DNA of 32,000 nucleotides, taken from sequence record OZ348804.1; one strand, given 5' to 3'. Position 1 is the stretch's first letter. Every line of letters starts with the position of its first letter. The position numbers were made by a program, and so were the translations under genes. Positions 1-10,300 of this stretch are shown one piece after another. The notes below the pieces were generated by a model, which was not told the DNA's origin, did no database searches, and saw nothing but the letters and a program-made list of their open reading frames with translations.

Positions 1-1004
1 TTTGGGTGTGTAAAATTGTCAACGATTTCTTTTTCAACATCTGTATATTTCCCCTCAACAAATTCAGTTTTTAAGCCTTTAGTACGGGTAAAAAGAATCC
101 CTTGTGAATCACGGAAATATTCTTTCTTGGGATCAAGTACACCTTCTAAATTTTCAAGAACCGAGAGTTTTAAAATGGCAGTACGTGTTTGTGTTTTTAA
201 TGTTTTAGACGTTTTTTCTAAGCCTTTTGAATAAACTGTTTGTGGGGCATTAATTGTACGTTGAATAATTAAATAGGTAATACTGAGCGGTAACATTGCT
301 TGAAGTCCGCGTCGAATTGTAAAACTACTTTTTATAAATTGGTCGACAACATAAAATTTATGAATACGGAAATATGACACAATGTAAAGGCATCGTTGAT
401 ACATTGCTTTTACATATGTATTTCCACGCCCGCGCCCAAGCCAAAATCGAGTCTCTTGATACCCTTGTTTGAAAGTGATTTGACTTGTTCGATATGCTTT
501 TTCACAAAAGAGTTCTAAACAATATTCTACTGGGATTGCTACAATATTAAGGATGCTTTGAATAGGTGTTAATAAAATAATCCAAAAGCTGTTCCAGAGT
601 AAGCAACTGAAACTATAGATTTGAGGTACATAATATTTAATTGCTTCAGAAGCCATTTCTGTTGTCATTTCAGCATTATACCAAAAAGTTGGATAAGTTA
701 ATTTAACAACATGTGTATAATTCCCATCATCCAGTGCATTTTTAAGTGCAATTTTTCGTTCATTTGTAGAACTTTTTTCGTTTGATTTTTGAATGAATTG
801 GCTGTCTTCGGATTTTGTATTTTTATTTTCTAGGTCTGAGGTTTCTGTCTCTGGAATACCATCAGTTTTAACAAGAAGCATTTCAAGTGCTTCTGGATTT
901 AATTTCGTATTTTCGTGATTTTTCCAAGCTGATCCAAGGAATTGATAAAATGAAACATCTACATGATTTAGTTGTGAGTCGCTATTTGACTGATTATTAG
1001 TCAT
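1..1004 (-). CDS. Unidentified plastid ORF, N-terminal 334 codons (3' end lies off-window); possible membrane protein
   Basis: The reverse-strand frame is open from the ATG (1004-1002) to the window edge with no in-frame stop. It is missing from the supplied track because its stop is off-window. Translation begins MTNNQSNSDSQLNHVDVSFYQFLGSAWKNHE. It has a polar, low-complexity N-terminus followed by hydrophobic stretches (YSFSCLLWNSFWIILLTPIQSILNIVAIPV and LQAMLPLSITYLII). An open frame this long in AT-rich DNA is very unlikely by chance. I could not recognise the family. Confidence 0.7.
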   Translation of the reverse strand, partial: MTNNQSNSDSQLNHVDVSFYQFLGSAWKNHENTKLNPEALEMLLVKTDGIPETETSDLENKNTKSEDSQFIQKSNEKSSTNERKIALKNALDDGNYTHVVKLTYPTFWYNAEMTTEMASEAIKYYVPQIYSFSCLLWNSFWIILLTPIQSILNIVAIPVEYCLELFCEKAYRTSQITFKQGYQETRFWLGRGRGNTYVKAMYQRCLYIVSYFRIHKFYVVDQFIKSSFTIRRGLQAMLPLSITYLIIQRTINAPQTVYSKGLEKTSKTLKTQTRTAILKLSVLENLEGVLDPKKEYFRDSQGILFTRTKGLKTEFVEGKYTDVEKEIVDNFTHP

Positions 1005-1121
1005 AAAGTTATTAATGTATATTTAATAGGACGATATATTTAAATTTGTTTATGAAAGTATCTCTCTTCCTCGTGTTTTAGTTAACTAGTAGAATATTAA
1101 AAAAATATTTATTGTATTTTG

Positions 1122-1130
1122 ATTATATCA
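1122..1130 (-). promoter_or_regulatory. Candidate extended -10 promoter (TGATATAAT on the minus strand) upstream of the left-edge ORF
   Basis: The reverse complement of 1122-1130 reads TGATATAAT, which matches the TGnTATAAT pattern. It lies between trnN and the ORF start at 1004. There is no good -35 element. Confidence 0.3.
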
Positions 1131-1165
1131 TAATGATTCTGGAATAGACACAATTTTTTAAAATT

Positions 1166-1237
1166 CTCCCCAGACAGGATTTGAACCTGTGACCAATCGG
1201 TTAACAGCCGATCGCTCTACCACTGAGCTACTGAGGA
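1166..1237 (-). tRNA. trnN: tRNA-Asn (GUU)
   Basis: The reverse complement folds as a 72-nt cloverleaf: acceptor TCCTCAG/CTGGGGA, anticodon loop CTGTTAA, T-loop TTCAAAT. Confidence 0.93.
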
Positions 1238-1387
1238 TTAGAAGGTTAAACTACCAACATTTAAACATGATGTTTACTTTAATGTAGTCTATACAACATA
1301 TGATGTTAGTACTACTTATTGAAAAATATAACATATTGCTTAGTCCTTGTCTATGTTTACTTTTATAGAATCTTGTAAGAAAGGGAC

Positions 1388-1416
1388 TTGCATCTAAATC
1401 CTAAATCTTTTATACT
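1388..1416 (+). promoter_or_regulatory. Sigma70-type (PEP-like) promoter candidate for trnT
   Basis: TTGCAT (1388-1393), a 17-nt spacer, then TATACT (1411-1416). The tRNA 5' end is 10 nt downstream. Confidence 0.5.
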
Positions 1417-1426
1417 GTAAGAAAAT

Positions 1427-1499
1427 GCCTCCTTAGCTCAGCGGCTAGAGCATCGTATTTGTAATGCGAGGGTCGTCGGTTCAATTCCGACAGGAGGCT
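1427..1499 (+). tRNA. trnT: tRNA-Thr (UGU)
   Basis: 73-nt cloverleaf: acceptor GCCTCCT/AGGAGGC, anticodon stem TCGTA/TGCGA, loop TTTGTAA, T-loop TTCAATT. Confidence 0.92.
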
Positions 1500-1557
1500 T
1501 GTATTTTATAATAAGATTCTTTAAAATTTGGATTGTTGTCTAATTCTTTTTTTTATT

Positions 1558-1629
1558 GTCCTAGTCGCCTAAGGGATGGGCATGGGCTTTCTAAGCCTGT
1601 TTGTGTGGGTTCGAATCCTACCTAGGATG
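1558..1629 (+). tRNA. trnR: tRNA-Arg (UCU)
   Basis: 72-nt cloverleaf: acceptor GTCCTAG/CTAGGAT (G1-U72 wobble), anticodon loop TTTCTAA, T-arm GTGGG-TTCGAAT-CCTAC. Confidence 0.88.
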
Positions 1630-1633
1630 TTGT

Positions 1634-1689
1634 TTGTTGCCACACGAAGTGGCAACAATTTATTTAGGGTTTTATTTAAAACACCCTAA
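1634..1689. terminator. Two stem-loops between the convergent trnR-UCU and psbH genes
   Basis: TTGTTGCCAC (1634-1643) pairs with GTGGCAACAA (1649-1658) as a perfect 10-bp stem with a 5-nt loop. TTAGGGT (1664-1670) pairs with ACCCTAA (1683-1689). Confidence 0.6.
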
Positions 1690-1700
1690 ACGAAGCTAAT

Positions 1701-1937
1701 TTAGTATCCTGTACTTGAAAGCCAGCTCATTTCTACTTCATCAAGAAGTAATGAACGGTTATAAATTTCAAGAAGAATTACAAGGAAAACAGCGAATAAA
1801 CCAATAAATACTGCCATTACTACTGTTGTTCCCCAACCTGGTGCTACTTTTCCATATTCTGAGTTAAGTGGACGTAAGGCTGTTCCTAATGCTGTTACTT
1901 TTCCTGTTCCAGCAAGTTTGCTTTCATTTGTGCTCAT
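1701..1937 (-). CDS. psbH: Photosystem II phosphoprotein PsbH
   Basis: The 78-aa ORF contains [18 protein letters not shown] followed by a single transmembrane helix, which is the PsbH signature. Confidence 0.95.
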   Translation of the reverse strand: MSTNESKLAGTGKVTALGTALRPLNSEYGKVAPGWGTTVVMAVFIGLFAVFLVILLEIYNRSLLLDEVEMSWLSSTGY

Positions 1938-2017
1938 AAGAATAAATTTCTCACATTCATTTGTGTTTTTTTACTTTCTATTTTAAACTATATCAAAATT
2001 TAACGTTCAACCTAATT

Positions 2018-2152
2018 ATGGAAACTCCAGCTTTTTTTTATGCCGTTTTTCTTTGGTGTTTGTTGATTAGTGTAACAGGCTATTCAATTTACATTGGTTT
2101 TGGTCCACCTTCAAAAGATCTCCGTGATCCGTTTGAAGAGCATGAAGATTAA
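2018..2152 (+). CDS. psbN: PsbN (photosystem II assembly factor)
   Basis: From the internal ATG at 2018 the ORF gives [44 protein letters not shown] (44 aa). The C-terminal RDPFEEH motif is typical of PsbN. It lies on the strand opposite psbH, as in other plastids. The track ORF starting at 1961 (TTG) is an upstream over-extension. Confidence 0.92.
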   Translation: METPAFFYAVFLWCLLISVTGYSIYIGFGPPSKDLRDPFEEHED

Positions 2153-2172
2153 GATTTTTTCTTCAGCATGTT

Positions 2173-2199
2173 GTAGGATACGTAATTTACGTACCCTAC
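2173..2199 (+). terminator. 3' stem-loop after psbN
   Basis: GTAGGATACGTA pairs with TACGTACCCTAC, 12 positions with one A/C mismatch. It starts 21 nt after the psbN stop. Confidence 0.5.
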
Positions 2200-2256
2200 A
2201 CTAAATTTACATAACAACATAGACTCTGTTCTCTTATAATATACCATGAGAAAGTC

Positions 2257-2280
2257 TCCCGCTCCAAAAGAGATGCGGGA
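2257..2280 (-). terminator. 3' stem-loop after rps4
   Basis: TCCCGC (2257-2262) pairs with GCGGGA (2275-2280) around a 12-nt loop, about 40 nt downstream of the rps4 stop on the minus strand. Confidence 0.4.
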
Positions 2281-2318
2281 AAATGACAGAACAAATGAAG
2301 TGTAAACCAGAAATAATT

Positions 2319-2915
2319 TTATCCTTTACGTGAGTAGAACTCAATAATAAGGAGTTCATTTACTGTTAAGGCAATTTGTGAACGTGTAATCGCACGTTGA
2401 ATTGTTCCTGTTGTTTTATTTGTATCTACACTTAAGTGTGAAGGGATTGTTCCTCCAAATGTTTTACAATTTTCTACTACTGGAGTTGAAGTACTTGTAA
2501 TTGTTTCGCCTGGGTTACAATTATAACTTGGAATATTTACACGTTTTCCATCAATTTTAATTAAACCGTGAGATACATATTGACGCGCTGCTCGGATTGT
2601 TGGCGCAAATCCAAGACGGAATACAATACTATCTAATCGCATTTCAAGCATTTGAAGAAGTACTTCTCCAGTTGGTCCTTTTGCACGTCGTGCACGTCGT
2701 ACGTATGATAAAAGCTGTTTTTCAGTTACCCCGTAATTATAACGTAATTTTTGTTTTTCTTGTAAACGTACACGGAATTGTGTAAGTTTTTTTGTTGCTG
2801 CTGTTTGTCCATGTTGTCCTGGTCCGTAATTACGGTTTGGTACTTTTGTTGTTAATCCAGGAAGTTCTCCAAGTCGTCGTACAATTTTTACACGTGGTCC
2901 ACGATATCGAGCCAT
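2319..2915 (-). CDS. rps4: Ribosomal protein S4
   Basis: 198-aa ORF starting MARYRGPRVKIVRRLGELPGLT, with an S4 RNA-binding domain (LDSIVFRLGFAPTIRAARQYVSHG). A GGAG lies about 8 nt upstream of the ATG. Confidence 0.96.
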   Translation of the reverse strand: MARYRGPRVKIVRRLGELPGLTTKVPNRNYGPGQHGQTAATKKLTQFRVRLQEKQKLRYNYGVTEKQLLSYVRRARRAKGPTGEVLLQMLEMRLDSIVFRLGFAPTIRAARQYVSHGLIKIDGKRVNIPSYNCNPGETITSTSTPVVENCKTFGGTIPSHLSVDTNKTTGTIQRAITRSQIALTVNELLIIEFYSRKG

Positions 2916-3062
2916 CTTATTTCTCCTAAAGTTTTACTAATGATTTTTCTATTCCTGTAGTATAATACTAATATATAGTAGTTTTAGTTTAACAGGATAA
3001 ATGCTCAGTATCAAACCTATTTTTTGATGCGAGTAGAAATATCTGTTCTTTGTTGAAGAAAG

Positions 3063-3091
3063 TTGGATTTCTTTCTTTTACGCTATATACT
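3063..3091 (+). promoter_or_regulatory. Sigma70-type promoter candidate for ycf3
   Basis: TTGGAT (3063-3068), a 17-nt spacer, then TATACT (3086-3091), ending 30 nt upstream of the ycf3 ATG. Confidence 0.45.
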
Positions 3092-3121
3092 GTAATATAT
3101 ATACTTGACCGTTAAGAATTT

Positions 3122-3622
3122 ATGCCACGTTCCCAAAGAAACGATAACTTTATTGATAAAACTTTTACGGTTGTTGCGGACATTTTATTAAAAGTGCTCC
3201 CTACAACTCGTAATGAGAAAGAAGCATTCATTTATTACCGAGATGGTATGTCTGCACAAGCAGAAGGTGAATATGCTGAAGCATTGCAGAATTATTATCA
3301 AGCAATGCGTCTTGAAGTAGACCCATATGACCGTAGTTATATTTTTTATAATATTGGGTTGATTCATACAAGTAATGGAGAACATACCAAAGCATTAGAA
3401 TATTATTATCAAGCTCTTGATCGTAACCCAGCATTACCACAAGCATTAAATAATATTGCTGTTATTTACCATTACCGTGGTGAGCAAGCTCTTGAATCCG
3501 GAAATATTCCAGATTCTGAAACATTATTTGGTAAAGCGGCTGAATATTGGAAAGAAGCAATTCGTTTAGCTCCATTGAATTATAGTGAAGCGCAAAATTG
3601 GTTACAGACTACTGGACGTTAA
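3122..3622 (+). CDS. ycf3: Photosystem I assembly protein Ycf3 (PafI), intron-free
   Basis: 166-aa ORF starting [15 protein letters not shown], with TPR repeats ([25 protein letters not shown] and [22 protein letters not shown]). It is one continuous frame. Confidence 0.96.
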   Translation: MPRSQRNDNFIDKTFTVVADILLKVLPTTRNEKEAFIYYRDGMSAQAEGEYAEALQNYYQAMRLEVDPYDRSYIFYNIGLIHTSNGEHTKALEYYYQALDRNPALPQALNNIAVIYHYRGEQALESGNIPDSETLFGKAAEYWKEAIRLAPLNYSEAQNWLQTTGR

Positions 3623-3716
3623 ATGTAAAATTACTTTATTGTAGTTCAAGCTAAATTCCTACATCTGTTTAGAAATGTATGTTACACTACACGTAAGTGA
3701 TTTTATTGTCCGTTGT

Positions 3717-3797
3717 GCCTTAATGGTGGAATGGTAGACACGCTAGCCTTAGGAGCTAGTGCCGTAAGGCGTGGAGGTTCGAGTCCTCTTTAAGGCA
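3717..3797 (+). tRNA. trnL: tRNA-Leu (UAG), class II
   Basis: 81 nt: acceptor GCCTTAA/TTAAGGC, anticodon stem CTAGC/GCTAG with loop CTTAGGA, long variable arm TGCCGTAAGGCGT, T-loop TTCGAGT. Confidence 0.93.
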
Positions 3798-3855
3798 AGC
3801 ACTGTACAGTATAAGTAAAAATTTATGTCATTTTTTTGATTTCAAAAAAAATCGA

Positions 3856-3885
3856 TTGACATTCTTAATCACACCCTTTTATAAT
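3856..3885 (+). promoter_or_regulatory. Consensus sigma70-type promoter upstream of trnE
   Basis: Exact TTGACA (3856-3861), an 18-nt spacer, then exact TATAAT (3880-3885). trnE starts 36 nt downstream. Confidence 0.6.
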
Positions 3886-3921
3886 AGAAAACAAGAATAA
3901 TTGATTTAATTATTCATTTTT

Positions 3922-3994
3922 GCCCCCATCGTCTAGAGGCCTAGGACATTTCCCTTTCACGGAAGTAACAGGGATTCGAATTCCCTTGGGGGTA
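3922..3994 (+). tRNA. trnE: tRNA-Glu (UUC)
   Basis: 73 nt: acceptor GCCCCCA/TGGGGGT, D-arm GTCTAGAGGCCTAGGAC typical of tRNA-Glu, anticodon loop CTTTCAC. Confidence 0.93.
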
Positions 3995-4034
3995 CGTTAA
4001 TGTACCAAATGTAATGTTTGCATGATAGAAGTTC

Positions 4035-4056
4035 GAAAGATTCTTCAGAATCTTTC
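4035..4056 (+). terminator. Stem-loop downstream of trnE
   Basis: GAAAGATTC (4035-4043) pairs with GAATCTTTC (4048-4056): a perfect 9-bp stem with loop TTCA. Confidence 0.5.
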
Positions 4057-4078
4057 TTGCAATTCTAGCCTATATATG

Positions 4079-4115
4079 CTTCAATTTTAATAAAAAGCTT
4101 TAATTAAAATTGAAG
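4079..4115. terminator. 13-bp perfect inverted repeat (stem-loop) in the trnE-rps18 spacer
   Basis: CTTCAATTTTAAT (4079-4091) pairs with ATTAAAATTGAAG (4103-4115) around an 11-nt loop. Confidence 0.45.
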
Positions 4116-4294
4116 TTTTGCTTGTTGAGTAATACATCAGAATGATGTTCCTGCACTTAATTTGTTTTTTTCACTTTAGATTTAAAACAAAGCGTTTTTT
4201 GTGCTCTGTATTTACGTGTGTGTTTTTTAATCACTACACTTTAAATTAGTTTTAAGGTTAAATACAGTTAATTATATTTTAGGTTTATTTATTT

Positions 4295-4507
4295 ATGAAT
4301 TTTTCACGTCAACGCATGTCTCCAATTAGCGCTGGTGAGATCATTAATTATAAAAATGTTGATCTTCTACGTCGTTTTATCACGGAGCAAGGTAAAATTT
4401 TACCTCGTCGTTTAACGGGAGTAACTGCAAAAGAGCAACGTCAACTTGCAAAAGCAGTAAAGCAAGCCCGTATTTTAGGATTTTTACAATTTCTTTATAA
4501 AGAATAA
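4295..4507 (+). CDS. rps18: Ribosomal protein S18
   Basis: The 70-aa ORF contains [43 protein letters not shown], the S18 core motif. Confidence 0.93.
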   Translation: MNFSRQRMSPISAGEIINYKNVDLLRRFITEQGKILPRRLTGVTAKEQRQLAKAVKQARILGFLQFLYKE

Positions 4508-4891
<384 letters not shown>

Positions 4892-4960
4892 ATCCGTTTA
4901 ATTACGGCTTTAGTCTTGGATATCTCTATTTATTTAATATTCAACCGTTTAATTGATCTT

Positions 4961-5431
4961 ATGTCTCGTAGAAAAGTTGCGAAAAAACGTCCGGTTGCTC
5001 CGGATCCAGTATACCAAAGTCGCTTAGTAAGTCTTTTAGTAAGCCACCTTTTAAAGAAAGGAAAAAAGAGTCTTGCCTACCGTATTTTTTACGAAGCAAT
5101 GACACAAATTTCGGAAACAACTTCGCAAGATCCACTTGAAGTGCTTCGCCAAGCTGTTTTAAATATCACACCAAAAGTCGAAGTAAAATCTCGTCGTATT
5201 GGTGGAGCTGTTCTTCAAGTACCACTTGAAGTAAAGTCTGACCGTGGAACTGCTCTTGCCCTTCGTTGGCTTCTTGTTGCTGCTCGTGCGCGTTCTGGAC
5301 GTAGCATGGTAACAAAACTTGCAGCTGAAATTATGGATGCTGCAAATAACACTGGTGGTGCAATTCGTAAGCGTGAAGACACACACCGTATGGCAGAAGC
5401 AAATAAAGCTTTTGCACACTTCCGATTCTAA
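4961..5431 (+). CDS. rps7: Ribosomal protein S7
   Basis: From the ATG at 4961 the frame gives [23 protein letters not shown] (156 aa), a typical S7 N-terminus. The track ORF starts at an upstream non-ATG codon (4916). Confidence 0.95.
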   Translation: MSRRKVAKKRPVAPDPVYQSRLVSLLVSHLLKKGKKSLAYRIFYEAMTQISETTSQDPLEVLRQAVLNITPKVEVKSRRIGGAVLQVPLEVKSDRGTALALRWLLVAARARSGRSMVTKLAAEIMDAANNTGGAIRKREDTHRMAEANKAFAHFRF

Positions 5432-5488
5432 ATCAAGAATCGTGACATTTTAGCCAAAATCAAAACGATTTTTTAAATTTTTATTATT

Positions 5489-6718
5489 ATGGCACGCGAA
5501 AAGTTTGAACGAACAAAACCACACGTAAATATTGGAACAATTGGTCACGTTGATCACGGTAAGACAACGCTTACTGCAGCAATTACTATGGCAATGGCAG
5601 CTCGTGGAGGTGCTGCTGCTAAAGGATACGCTGATATTGACTCTGCACCAGAAGAAAAAGCTCGTGGAATTACAATTAACACAGCTCACGTAGAATACGA
5701 AACAGCAACACGTCACTACGCTCACGTAGATTGTCCAGGTCACGCTGATTATGTAAAAAACATGATTACTGGTGCTGCACAAATGGATGGTGCAATTCTT
5801 GTAGTATCTGGGGCTGATGGTCCAATGCCACAAACAAAAGAGCACATCCTTCTTGCAAAGCAAGTTGGAGTACCAAACATTGTAGTTTTCCTTAATAAAG
5901 AAGACCAGGTAGATGATGATGAGCTTCTTGAGCTCGTAGAACTCGAGGTACGTGACACTCTTAGTAGTTACGAATTCCCTGGTGATGATATTCCGGTAGT
6001 ACCTGGTTCTGCGCTTCTTGCATTAGAAGCATTAACAGAAACACCTACAATGGGTGATGGTGATAACAAATGGGTAGACAAAATCTTTGCATTAATGGAT
6101 TCTGTTGATTCATATATTCCAACACCTGAGCGTGATACAGAAAAAACATTCCTTATGGCGATTGAGGATGTATTCTCAATTACTGGTCGTGGTACTGTAG
6201 CTACAGGGCGTGTAGAGCGTGGAGTAGTAACAGTTGGTGATGTTGTAGAGATTGTAGGTCTTGGTGACACACGTGAAGTAACTGTAACAGGTCTTGAAAT
6301 GTTCCAAAAAACACTTGATGAAAGTGTAGCTGGAGATAACGTAGGTGTACTTCTTCGTGGAATCCAAAAGGATGACATTGAGCGTGGAATGGTACTTGCA
6401 AAAAGTGGAACAATCAAACCACACAAAAAGTTTGAATCACAAGTTTACGTTCTTACAAAAGAAGAAGGTGGTCGACACACACCATTCTTCCCAGGATACC
6501 GTCCTCAATTCTATGTGCGTACAACAGACGTAACTGGAAAAATTGAATCATTCGTGAGCGATGATGGAGATGAGGCAACAATGGTAATGCCTGGTGACCG
6601 TGTAAAGATGATTGTAGAACTCATTCAACCAATTGCTATCGAAAACGGAATGCGTTTTGCTATTCGTGAAGGTGGACGCACAGTTGGTGCAGGGGTTGTG
6701 TCTTCAATTATTGAATAA
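5489..6718 (+). CDS. tufA: Translation elongation factor Tu
   Basis: 409 aa starting [28 protein letters not shown], with the DCPGHADY and NKED GTPase motifs. Confidence 0.99.
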   Translation: MAREKFERTKPHVNIGTIGHVDHGKTTLTAAITMAMAARGGAAAKGYADIDSAPEEKARGITINTAHVEYETATRHYAHVDCPGHADYVKNMITGAAQMDGAILVVSGADGPMPQTKEHILLAKQVGVPNIVVFLNKEDQVDDDELLELVELEVRDTLSSYEFPGDDIPVVPGSALLALEALTETPTMGDGDNKWVDKIFALMDSVDSYIPTPERDTEKTFLMAIEDVFSITGRGTVATGRVERGVVTVGDVVEIVGLGDTREVTVTGLEMFQKTLDESVAGDNVGVLLRGIQKDDIERGMVLAKSGTIKPHKKFESQVYVLTKEEGGRHTPFFPGYRPQFYVRTTDVTGKIESFVSDDGDEATMVMPGDRVKMIVELIQPIAIENGMRFAIREGGRTVGAGVVSSIIE

Positions 6719-6740
6719 ATTGGTAGTTAAGTAACTTTTA

Positions 6741-6764
6741 TGCATACCTCTAAAAAGGTATGCA
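6741..6764 (+). terminator. 3' stem-loop after tufA
   Basis: TGCATACCT (6741-6749) pairs with AGGTATGCA (6756-6764): a perfect 9-bp stem 22 nt after the tufA stop. Confidence 0.55.
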
Positions 6765-7024
6765 ACAATTCATATCAATTTTCAAATAAACTCTATAGAT
6801 ATCTTCTTTTGTAGACGCATAAAGCCCTTGCTTTTATAGTCTCAAAAAAATATACTATAGAGTAGTCCTACTTTTGTTGAAAGAACAGTTTGAATCGTGT
6901 CAGGGCTGAAAAGAAGCAGCACTTAAAATTATTTTTTTGGACAATAGTAGGCGTCCGTAACATGTAACAAAGACTTAATCTATTATTTTATAAATATCCT
7001 CAGAAAGATATTTTTTATTTCCTT

Positions 7025-7096
7025 AGGCGGTGCCCAGATTCGAACTGGGGGATAAAGGATTTGCAGTCCTCTGCCTTACCACTTGGCTACACCGCC
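7025..7096 (-). tRNA. trnC: tRNA-Cys (GCA)
   Basis: The reverse complement is a 72-nt cloverleaf: acceptor GGCGGTG/CACCGCC, anticodon loop CTGCAAA, T-arm CCCAG-TTCGAAT-CTGGG. Confidence 0.92.
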
Positions 7097-7347
7097 ATTC
7101 CTTTAAAAGGAGAGTTATATACTCTATACAGTACAACATTTTACTTTGTTTATCAATATAGTAATTTGGAGTTGTGTTTTTTTAGTGTACTTTACTTAAG
7201 GATTTACAAACTCACGTTTTTTATTTGTAAAGCATATTAAAGCTTTGTGAATTTGGATTATTTGTTTTTTTCAATTTTCTCTAAATCCCAAAAAAACTTG
7301 TTAAACAAAGGCTCTTTTTTTGTATTGATTAATTTACACCTTTATCT

Positions 7348-10300
7348 ATGATTCTTTTTCGTCAAAAAGTGGCAATTCCTGATTTCCTTGATTCGCAACG
7401 GAAAAGTTTTCGTCTTTTCTTAGAAACAGGAATTCGTCGTGAACTTGAATTTATTTCGCCTATTATTGGAGATAGTTTAGGATCGAGTGTTCGACAATCA
7501 ACAGATCGTCAAATTTCTGTTTCATTTTTAGCGAATGATTTTTATTTTAAAAAACCTCTTCAAAACCCTAAAGAAGCAATTCAACAAATGGAAACATATA
7601 GTAGTTCCCTTGTTGTACCTGTGCATATTTATTCAAAAAGTTTAAATGTGAGTTGTGTGCTTCCAATTACATTTTGTGATCTTCCATTAATGACTGAGCA
7701 TGGAACTTTTATTATTAATGGCTCACCACGTGTGATTGTTCACCAAATTGTTCGTTGTCCGGGCGTTTATATTAAAGCCCAATTTGATCAAAAAAATCGT
7801 CGTTCACATTTGGTAAGTTTTCTCTCGTCTTATGGGTCATGGTTACGTTTAGAGACTGTTCCTAATAGTCTTGAAATTAATGCTTGTATTGATAATTTTA
7901 GAAAATTGCCAGCAACTTTACTTTTATGTGCTCTTGGTTTTGATTTTAAACGTGTTTGTGAAGTTGTGAGTTATCCTGCTTCGCTTCTTTATACAGAAAA
8001 ACTTTTAAAACCAAAATCATGTGAAGATGCCATGATCATGATGACTGCATTAATGTTTCCTCATCGAGCTGGAAGTGTGTTAAAAGCAAAAAAATTTTTA
8101 TTTAATCATTTTTTCCATGCGCGTCGTTATAGTTTAAGTGAAGTCGGTCGAAAGCGCGTAAATCGTAAATTACGAATGCAGCATAATGTCCCACATTTAA
8201 CTTTAACACCTGAAGATGTTTTAGCCGCTGTTGATTATTTACTTCGTGTTGAAAACGGTGAGAGTCAATTTTTGGATGATATTGATCATTTAAAAAATCG
8301 ACGTGCACGTCTTGCTGGAGAATTAATTCAAACACAATTTAGACTTGGGTTGAATCGACTTGAACGTAGTGTTCATAATCGCATTAGTGATGAAACATTA
8401 TTACGACAAAAACGTTTACGTGTTGCTTTAGCTTCACTTGTCCGTACACAAATTGTAGGTTCTGTTTTTAAAGAGTTTTTTGGTTCAAACCAATTATCGC
8501 AATTTATGGATCAGACAAATCCTTTAGCCGAGATTACTCATAAACGACGTTTAAGTTCGTTAGGTCCAGGTGGTTTACACCGTGACCGTGCCGGTCTTAT
8601 TGTACGTGGTATTCACCCAAGTTACTATGGACGCATTTGCCCAATTGAAACACCTGAAGGTAAAAACGCAGGTCTAGTAGGTTCGATTGCAACGTATGCT
8701 CGAATTAATTCAGACGGTTTTTTACAAAGTCCGTATAAAGCAATGGCTTCTCAAAAGCATCAAGGTCAGGATGGTTTCTTTTTGTTAAATGCTTCATACG
8801 AAGATCAAGTTGTGGTTGCTGCGGCGGATACGCAATTTTCAGCAACACGTGTTCCTGCACGTACACGTCGTGAATTCGTAGAAATTGTACCTAAAACAAT
8901 TGATTTTTTAGGCTTATGCCCGATTCAATTTATGTCGATTGCCACTGCTCTTATTCCATTTTTAGAACACGATGATGCAAACCGTGCGTTGATGGGATCA
9001 AACATGCAGCGCCAGGCTGTTTCATTATTAACACCTCAACGAGCTTTTGTTGGTACTGGTTTAGAAGCACGCGTTGCTCATGATTCTGGTGCTGTAGCTC
9101 GTATCCAACGTAGTGGATATGTTTTATATGCAGATGCCAACCGTATTGATGTTTTAACAGAAAGTGATTCTGTCTTAACGTCAACGCCTTTTACACGTGA
9201 AACAATTTGGTTAACACGATACCAACGTTCAAATCAAGATACATGTATGCATCAGCGTCCAAGTGTTTTACCAAATACTTGGGTTCATGCAGGTGAATGT
9301 TTAGCTGATACATCATCAACTGTTGCCGGAGAGCTTGCACTTGGTAAAAATATTCTTGTCGCATATATGCCATGGGAAGGGTACAACTTTGAAGATGCAG
9401 TTCTTGTCAGTGAACGTTTAGTATTTGATGATCTTTTTACATCCGTTCACATTGAACGTTACGATATTTCTACTTCGCGTACCCGTGAAGGACAAGAATA
9501 TATTACGTCCAAAGTTGAGAAAAATACTCATTTAGACGCATTTGGGGTTGTTGAAATTGGAACTTGGGTTGAACCTGGTGATACGTTAGTGGGAAAAATT
9601 TCTCCACAAAAAGAGTCGGAGAATACACCTGAAGGACGTTTACTTCGAGCTATTTTTGGTGGAACAGCGCGTGATGTTAAAGATACACCTTTGACGGTAC
9701 CAAGTGGCGTTACAGGTCGTGTACTTGAAACACGTACATTGTTTGAAACAACTATTTATAACAAACAAGTGGAATGTTCAGAATCCGTTGGTTCTGTATA
9801 CGTTTTTTTAGTTCAAAAACGTAAAGTTCAAGTAGGAGATAAAATTGCAGGTCGCCATGGAAATAAGGGAATTATTTCTAATATTCTTCCTCGACAAGAT
9901 ATGCCATTTTTACAAAATGGTGTTCCTGTAGATATGGTTCTTAATCCATTAGGTGTTCCATCCCGTATGAATGTGGGTCAAATTTTTGAATGTTTACTTG
10001 GTTTAGCAGCGCACACATTAGAACAAAATTATAAAGTTCTTCCATTTGATGAGATGCATGGTGACGAAGTTTCTCGTGGATTTGTGTATCAACAATTATA
10101 TAAAGCGCGTTGTGCCACAAAACAAAAATGGCTTTTCCAACCGGAATCTCCAGGAAAAAGTATTTTATTCGATGGACGTACAGGGTATCCATTTGATCAA
10201 CCTGTAACTGTTGGTTATCCATATATTTTAAAATTAGTCCACTTAGTAGATGACAAAATTCATGCACGTTCAACTGGACCTTATTCATTAGTAACACAGC

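Noticed and set aside
16-234. A 72-aa plus-strand ORF at the left edge, and the 64-aa ORF 20951..21145 on the minus strand.
   Set aside because: The first is antisense to the much longer open reverse-strand frame (1..1004). The second spans the orf273 stop, its hairpin and AT-rich spacer, and its product is Lys/Thr low-complexity.
1961-2017. N-terminal extensions of track ORFs: psbN from TTG 1961, rps7 from 4916, rpl2 from 29198, psbC from 18421.
   Set aside because: The conserved protein N-termini begin at the internal ATGs (2018, 4961, 29207, 18547). The extensions start at non-ATG codons, add non-conserved residues, or run inside the preceding gene.
2153-2318. Possible psbT between psbN and rps4. 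The only minus-strand ORF found reads [32 protein letters not shown].
   Set aside because: The peptide is not hydrophobic and does not resemble PsbT. It overlaps the psbN 3' hairpin.
5450-6533. ORFs inside the tufA footprint, antisense or in an alternative sense frame (5450..5863-, 5749..5958-, 5968..6426-, 6176..6424-, 6201..6413-, 6345..6533+).
   Set aside because: They overlap a highly conserved, strongly codon-biased gene. Their products are low-complexity (Ser/Thr/Cys-rich) with no family resemblance. This is a typical shadow-ORF artefact.
6780-6875. A long-range inverted repeat (ACTCTATAGATAT ... ATATACTATAGAGT) in the tufA-trnC spacer, considered as a possible small structured RNA gene (rnpB, ssrA or ffs-like).
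   Set aside because: None of the conserved motifs of those RNAs are visible. The repeat is short, AT-rich and imperfect. It is most simply a spacer secondary structure.
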